From a virus (Duplodnaviria; Caudoviricetes), in the IMG/VR virus record IMGVR_UViG_3300025751_000058, positions 1 to 35,410 of that record: a DNA stretch of 35,410 bases; one strand, given 5' to 3'. Position 1 is the stretch's first letter; the number at the start of each line of letters is the position of its first letter. The notes beneath the pieces were generated by a model, which worked only from the letters and a program-made list of their open reading frames with translations, was not told the DNA's origin and did not search any database. This document shows, in pieces, positions 32,809 through 35,410 of this stretch. A program made the translations under genes and the position numbers.

Positions 32809-33420
32809 CTAGGTATGTAATTTTTGTTCTAACTGTTTGTTTGGCATGAGCTTGTAGTGTTTAAAGAATACATCAAAGTCGGTGGTAGGACATATTGGAT
32901 CAGGGACAGAATACGCCCCTTGATTAGTGCCTGTCCAGAGTAGGTTATTGTTTTTGTCTTGTTCACGTAACCATTTGATGCCAAAAGAACCAAACCGGTT
33001 CATGAATTTTTTAACCGAATCCCTGTCCTTCATAAAATTTTCCCATTGGTCGACTACCGGATTGTGCCAAGCACCGACTTCTTGTCCGTCTATGTACAAT
33101 ATCTGGAATCGTAAAAGGTGTATCAACTCTTTGTTTGTGGGTGTGAGTTTCCAGTATTCCTTAAGTTTTCTCACTAGATTACATGATGGGTCAGTGTAAG
33201 TTTCAATGTCTAGATTGTGTGCCATTGCCATCATGTGCAACAGCGGATTGTCTTTACTGTTGACTACTATAATCCTTGAACGCAATCCGCTCAAGTACTG
33301 ATAGTAAGGTAATTCCATCAGCGGATCTACAGAATGAGACACAATTACTTTGCCCGTACTGATTATCGACTGGAAACTTATTTTGTTGAAATCCGGGTCT
33401 ACTAGATCGAAGTCATGCAT
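32809..33420 (-). CDS. Hypothetical protein, possible degenerate redoxin/thioredoxin fold
   Basis: 'DFDLVDPDFNKISF', 'VVNSKD', 'YTDPSCNLVRKL' echo AhpC/redoxin patterns; no active-site CxxC. Confidence 0.35.
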   Translation of the reverse strand: MHDFDLVDPDFNKISFQSIISTGKVIVSHSVDPLMELPYYQYLSGLRSRIIVVNSKDNPLLHMMAMAHNLDIETYTDPSCNLVRKLKEYWKLTPTNKELIHLLRFQILYIDGQEVGAWHNPVVDQWENFMKDRDSVKKFMNRFGSFGIKWLREQDKNNNLLWTGTNQGAYSVPDPICPTTDFDVFFKHYKLMPNKQLEQKLHT

Positions 33421-33434
33421 GACTTCAAATTATA

Positions 33435-34349
33435 CTAGGCTTTTCTTATCCTGTCTACTAGATCGTTACCAAAGAACTTAGCAAACTTATCCGTTACTGG
33501 TACCAACTTGGCACGTAACTTTTCTAACTCAACAGAAGGCAGATCTTTCATTGTCTCTATGCCTCTGTCAGCCTGTTTGCTCGCATCAGTTTTGATCTCT
33601 TCAGCATCGGCCACACTCTTGGCTCTCTCTGCTCTCGCACAGATTTTCGCCGCTTCTCTGAAGTGCATCTGATCACTGACTGAAAGATCGTTCCACATGT
33701 TGTCGTTCATCAGTATTGTTGTCAGATACATCGAGTGTTGCGTGTCGATCACGTGTTTCTGTGACTTCGATGCTTCAACATGATACCTAGGAAGTGTTGT
33801 TTGTGTTAGGCTTGCATCATCACCTGCCATGCTCATACCTAATGCTTTGAACATTTCGGTGAACACTGGTGATGGTATCGCCAAGTTGGCAGTCATGCCG
33901 TTAAATTGATCAATTGACGTGATTGGTTTGTTAGTTGCCATACACTTGTAACCACCCGAGTACGTGAAACTTAATCCTTTCACTTGTAGTTTGTCGTGTA
34001 GATGTGTCATTAGTTCTTGGCCTATTTCACCTTCTAACACCTTGGCACAATGATCGTGATCTCTGAATAAGAAAGGTAATGCAAGTGCAAAGAAGTCTGT
34101 GGCCTCAGTTGCGGCTAGTGTGTTGGCATACAACTGACTCATCTGAACTCTGTTTTCTCTAAGTTCCGCTAATGGATCACACGGCTTGCCGTTGTTGTAC
34201 TTGTTGTTGTAATCTTCTAATTTCAGAATCTCGATTACATATCTGTCGCCCGTTAATCTGTTTATTTCTTTTTCGAAATGCTCTGCAGTCCTGATAAAAA
34301 GTTCTGCTGGTTCGTGGAATAGTAACCATTTGATAGTTTGTTTTTTCAT
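33435..34349 (-). CDS. dctP: TRAP transporter substrate-binding protein (DctP family), no signal peptide
   Basis: 'LPFLFRDHDH...LEGEIGQEL', 'GG.K...TNKPITSIDQFNG', 'WNDLS...Q...REAA'; SD AAGGAG spacing favours ATG 34349 over 34358. Confidence 0.8.
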   Translation of the reverse strand: MKKQTIKWLLFHEPAELFIRTAEHFEKEINRLTGDRYVIEILKLEDYNNKYNNGKPCDPLAELRENRVQMSQLYANTLAATEATDFFALALPFLFRDHDHCAKVLEGEIGQELMTHLHDKLQVKGLSFTYSGGYKCMATNKPITSIDQFNGMTANLAIPSPVFTEMFKALGMSMAGDDASLTQTTLPRYHVEASKSQKHVIDTQHSMYLTTILMNDNMWNDLSVSDQMHFREAAKICARAERAKSVADAEEIKTDASKQADRGIETMKDLPSVELEKLRAKLVPVTDKFAKFFGNDLVDRIRKA

Positions 34350-34462
34350 GTTTGGCATTCTCCTTGCGTTCTGCTAGTTATACTTATGTTATATTATAAT
34401 TCGCATGGTCAACGTTGGTAATTTAAGGCTTCGTATGGTGCTATTTTTCCGATGTTTATGTA

Positions 34463-34999
34463 CTATCTAAAGAATTTGTCCAGCAGTTGACGATATTCCT
34501 CCGAAGTGGTGTCAAGCAACATGTGATCAAAGGTTATCTTGGATCTTGCCACTGAACCTTGCCTCAGCCATGGCAACAACGGTGTTGGTAGGTCTATGCC
34601 CCAGGTGCCGTTGTGGTAGAGTCCGTTGTTTTGCATTTCCACGCGGCCATCCGCATGTGTGAATCGTTGGTCGTCCATTACCCAGAGGTTGGTCTTGAAT
34701 ATGTCAACACCGTTCACGTTCAATCCCGTGACCTCCAGTCGCTTGCCGTGCCTGTGGGTGTTTGTGTGTGCCCGCAGTTGTATGACCTTGTTTGGTTGCA
34801 CGTTGACCGATCCCTTCAGTTCGTGTTCACCGTCGGTTATGTCACCGCTGTGGATCGCCTGGTCGTTGATGGAGACGGAGAGATCTGATTTCCTGTCCAT
34901 GCCCACTGTCCGCACCTTGATGGCGATGTCGTAGTCGGTTATCTGCACGGACTTGACTATCTCCTCCAACTCGTATTCTATGCTGTTCCTGTTAATCAT
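34463..34999 (-). CDS. Hypothetical protein (beta-rich)
   Basis: 178-aa ORF overlapping the upstream radical SAM gene; 'NGTWGIDLPTP'. Confidence 0.6.
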   Translation of the reverse strand: MINRNSIEYELEEIVKSVQITDYDIAIKVRTVGMDRKSDLSVSINDQAIHSGDITDGEHELKGSVNVQPNKVIQLRAHTNTHRHGKRLEVTGLNVNGVDIFKTNLWVMDDQRFTHADGRVEMQNNGLYHNGTWGIDLPTPLLPWLRQGSVARSKITFDHMLLDTTSEEYRQLLDKFFR

Positions 35000-35410
35000 T
35001 GTATCCCTTGATCCCGGCTGTCCATTTCTCGTTACGCTCGCGATTGGTCTCGTACCACATCAGCATACGCTTGATCTCGTAGTTCTCGTCCATGGATATG
35101 GGCATCCTCATCTCTGACACAATCTTGCTCAGTGCCAATCTCCTGAACACACGCTCTCGCAGTGTCAGTTCTGGGTTGGGACGGTACCACCAGTGGTGCC
35201 TGTCAGCATGTGTGGCCATGTGATACATGCCCTGCTCCGGGCCCACATCACGCCAACGGTTGAGGCCGTCATTGGTGTACCACCATGGTATGGATCCCAC
35301 CTGCTCTATGGTGCCGTCCGCCAGGTAAGTCTGCCAGCCCTTGATCATCTTGATGGTCTCCTCGAAGTCCTCACGTGTCTCCGTGGGATAGCTCTGCAAC
35401 ACGTTGGGAA
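34992..35410 (-). CDS. C-terminal part of probable (B12-binding type) radical SAM protein, truncated by window edge
   Basis: 'YPTETREDFEETIKMI' resembles the G(Y/F)PxET.EDF..T motif of this class; CxxxCxxC not inside the window. Confidence 0.55.
   Translation of the reverse strand, partial: PNVLQSYPTETREDFEETIKMIKGWQTYLADGTIEQVGSIPWWYTNDGLNRWRDVGPEQGMYHMATHADRHHWWYRPNPELTLRERVFRRLALSKIVSEMRMPISMDENYEIKRMLMWYETNRERNEKWTAGIKGYND

Noticed and set aside
26172-34349. Bacterial chromosome origin suggested by clpP, rpmG, porin, dctP and tRNAs
   Set aside because: These genes lack their usual bacterial neighbours (tig/clpX, dctQM), are mixed with micro-ORFs, and share promoter motifs with the T4-like replication region.
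841-34934. Numerous short antisense or nested ORFs in the track (e.g. 3683-4108, 9871-10314, 16800-17225, 19987-20298, 32313-32627)
   Set aside because: Shadow frames of well-supported genes, without motifs or initiation signals.
1-35410. Stop-codon reassignment as seen in some large phages
   Set aside because: Conserved genes are full length in the standard code; TAG, TGA and TAA all end genes; no suppressor tRNA in the window.

Overview
This window is best read as part of a large, tightly packed dsDNA tailed-phage genome (T4-like or 'large Caudoviricetes' architecture), not a bacterial chromosome. From left to right it holds: (i) 1-8.1 kb, a glycan-synthesis cluster (GT61, GT8-like, three KpsS/KpsC-like paralogs, AsnB-type amidotransferase, GT-A, methyltransferase-like, Maf/DUF115-like); (ii) 8.1-21.1 kb, a replication module (SprT-like protease, UvsW-like helicase, degenerate Hint-like protein, gp62-like clamp-loader subunit, primase, gp41/DnaB helicase) with TWO family-C (DnaE-like) polymerase genes, a 196-aa mini fragment and a compact 563-aa PHP-less enzyme; (iii) 21.1-26.0 kb, a sugar-activation cluster (GDPD-like, KdsC-like HAD, PfkB kinase, nucleotidyltransferase-RpiB fusion, sulfotransferase, two GT-like genes); (iv) 26.2-35.4 kb, host-derived/accessory genes (porin, radical SAM enzymes, five tRNAs, many small ORFs missing from the ORF track, ribosomal protein L33, ClpP, a signal-less TRAP DctP). 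Patterns read directly from the sequence include AT-rich single-gene cassettes sitting exactly at start codons of core genes, two promoter classes (sigma70-like and TAAATA) a few bases upstream of SD-less start codons, and a 24-bp perfect palindrome within a TTTACAA array. Family assignments come from motif recognition by eye; no database searches were run. A marine alphaproteobacterial (SAR11-like) host is a guess only.
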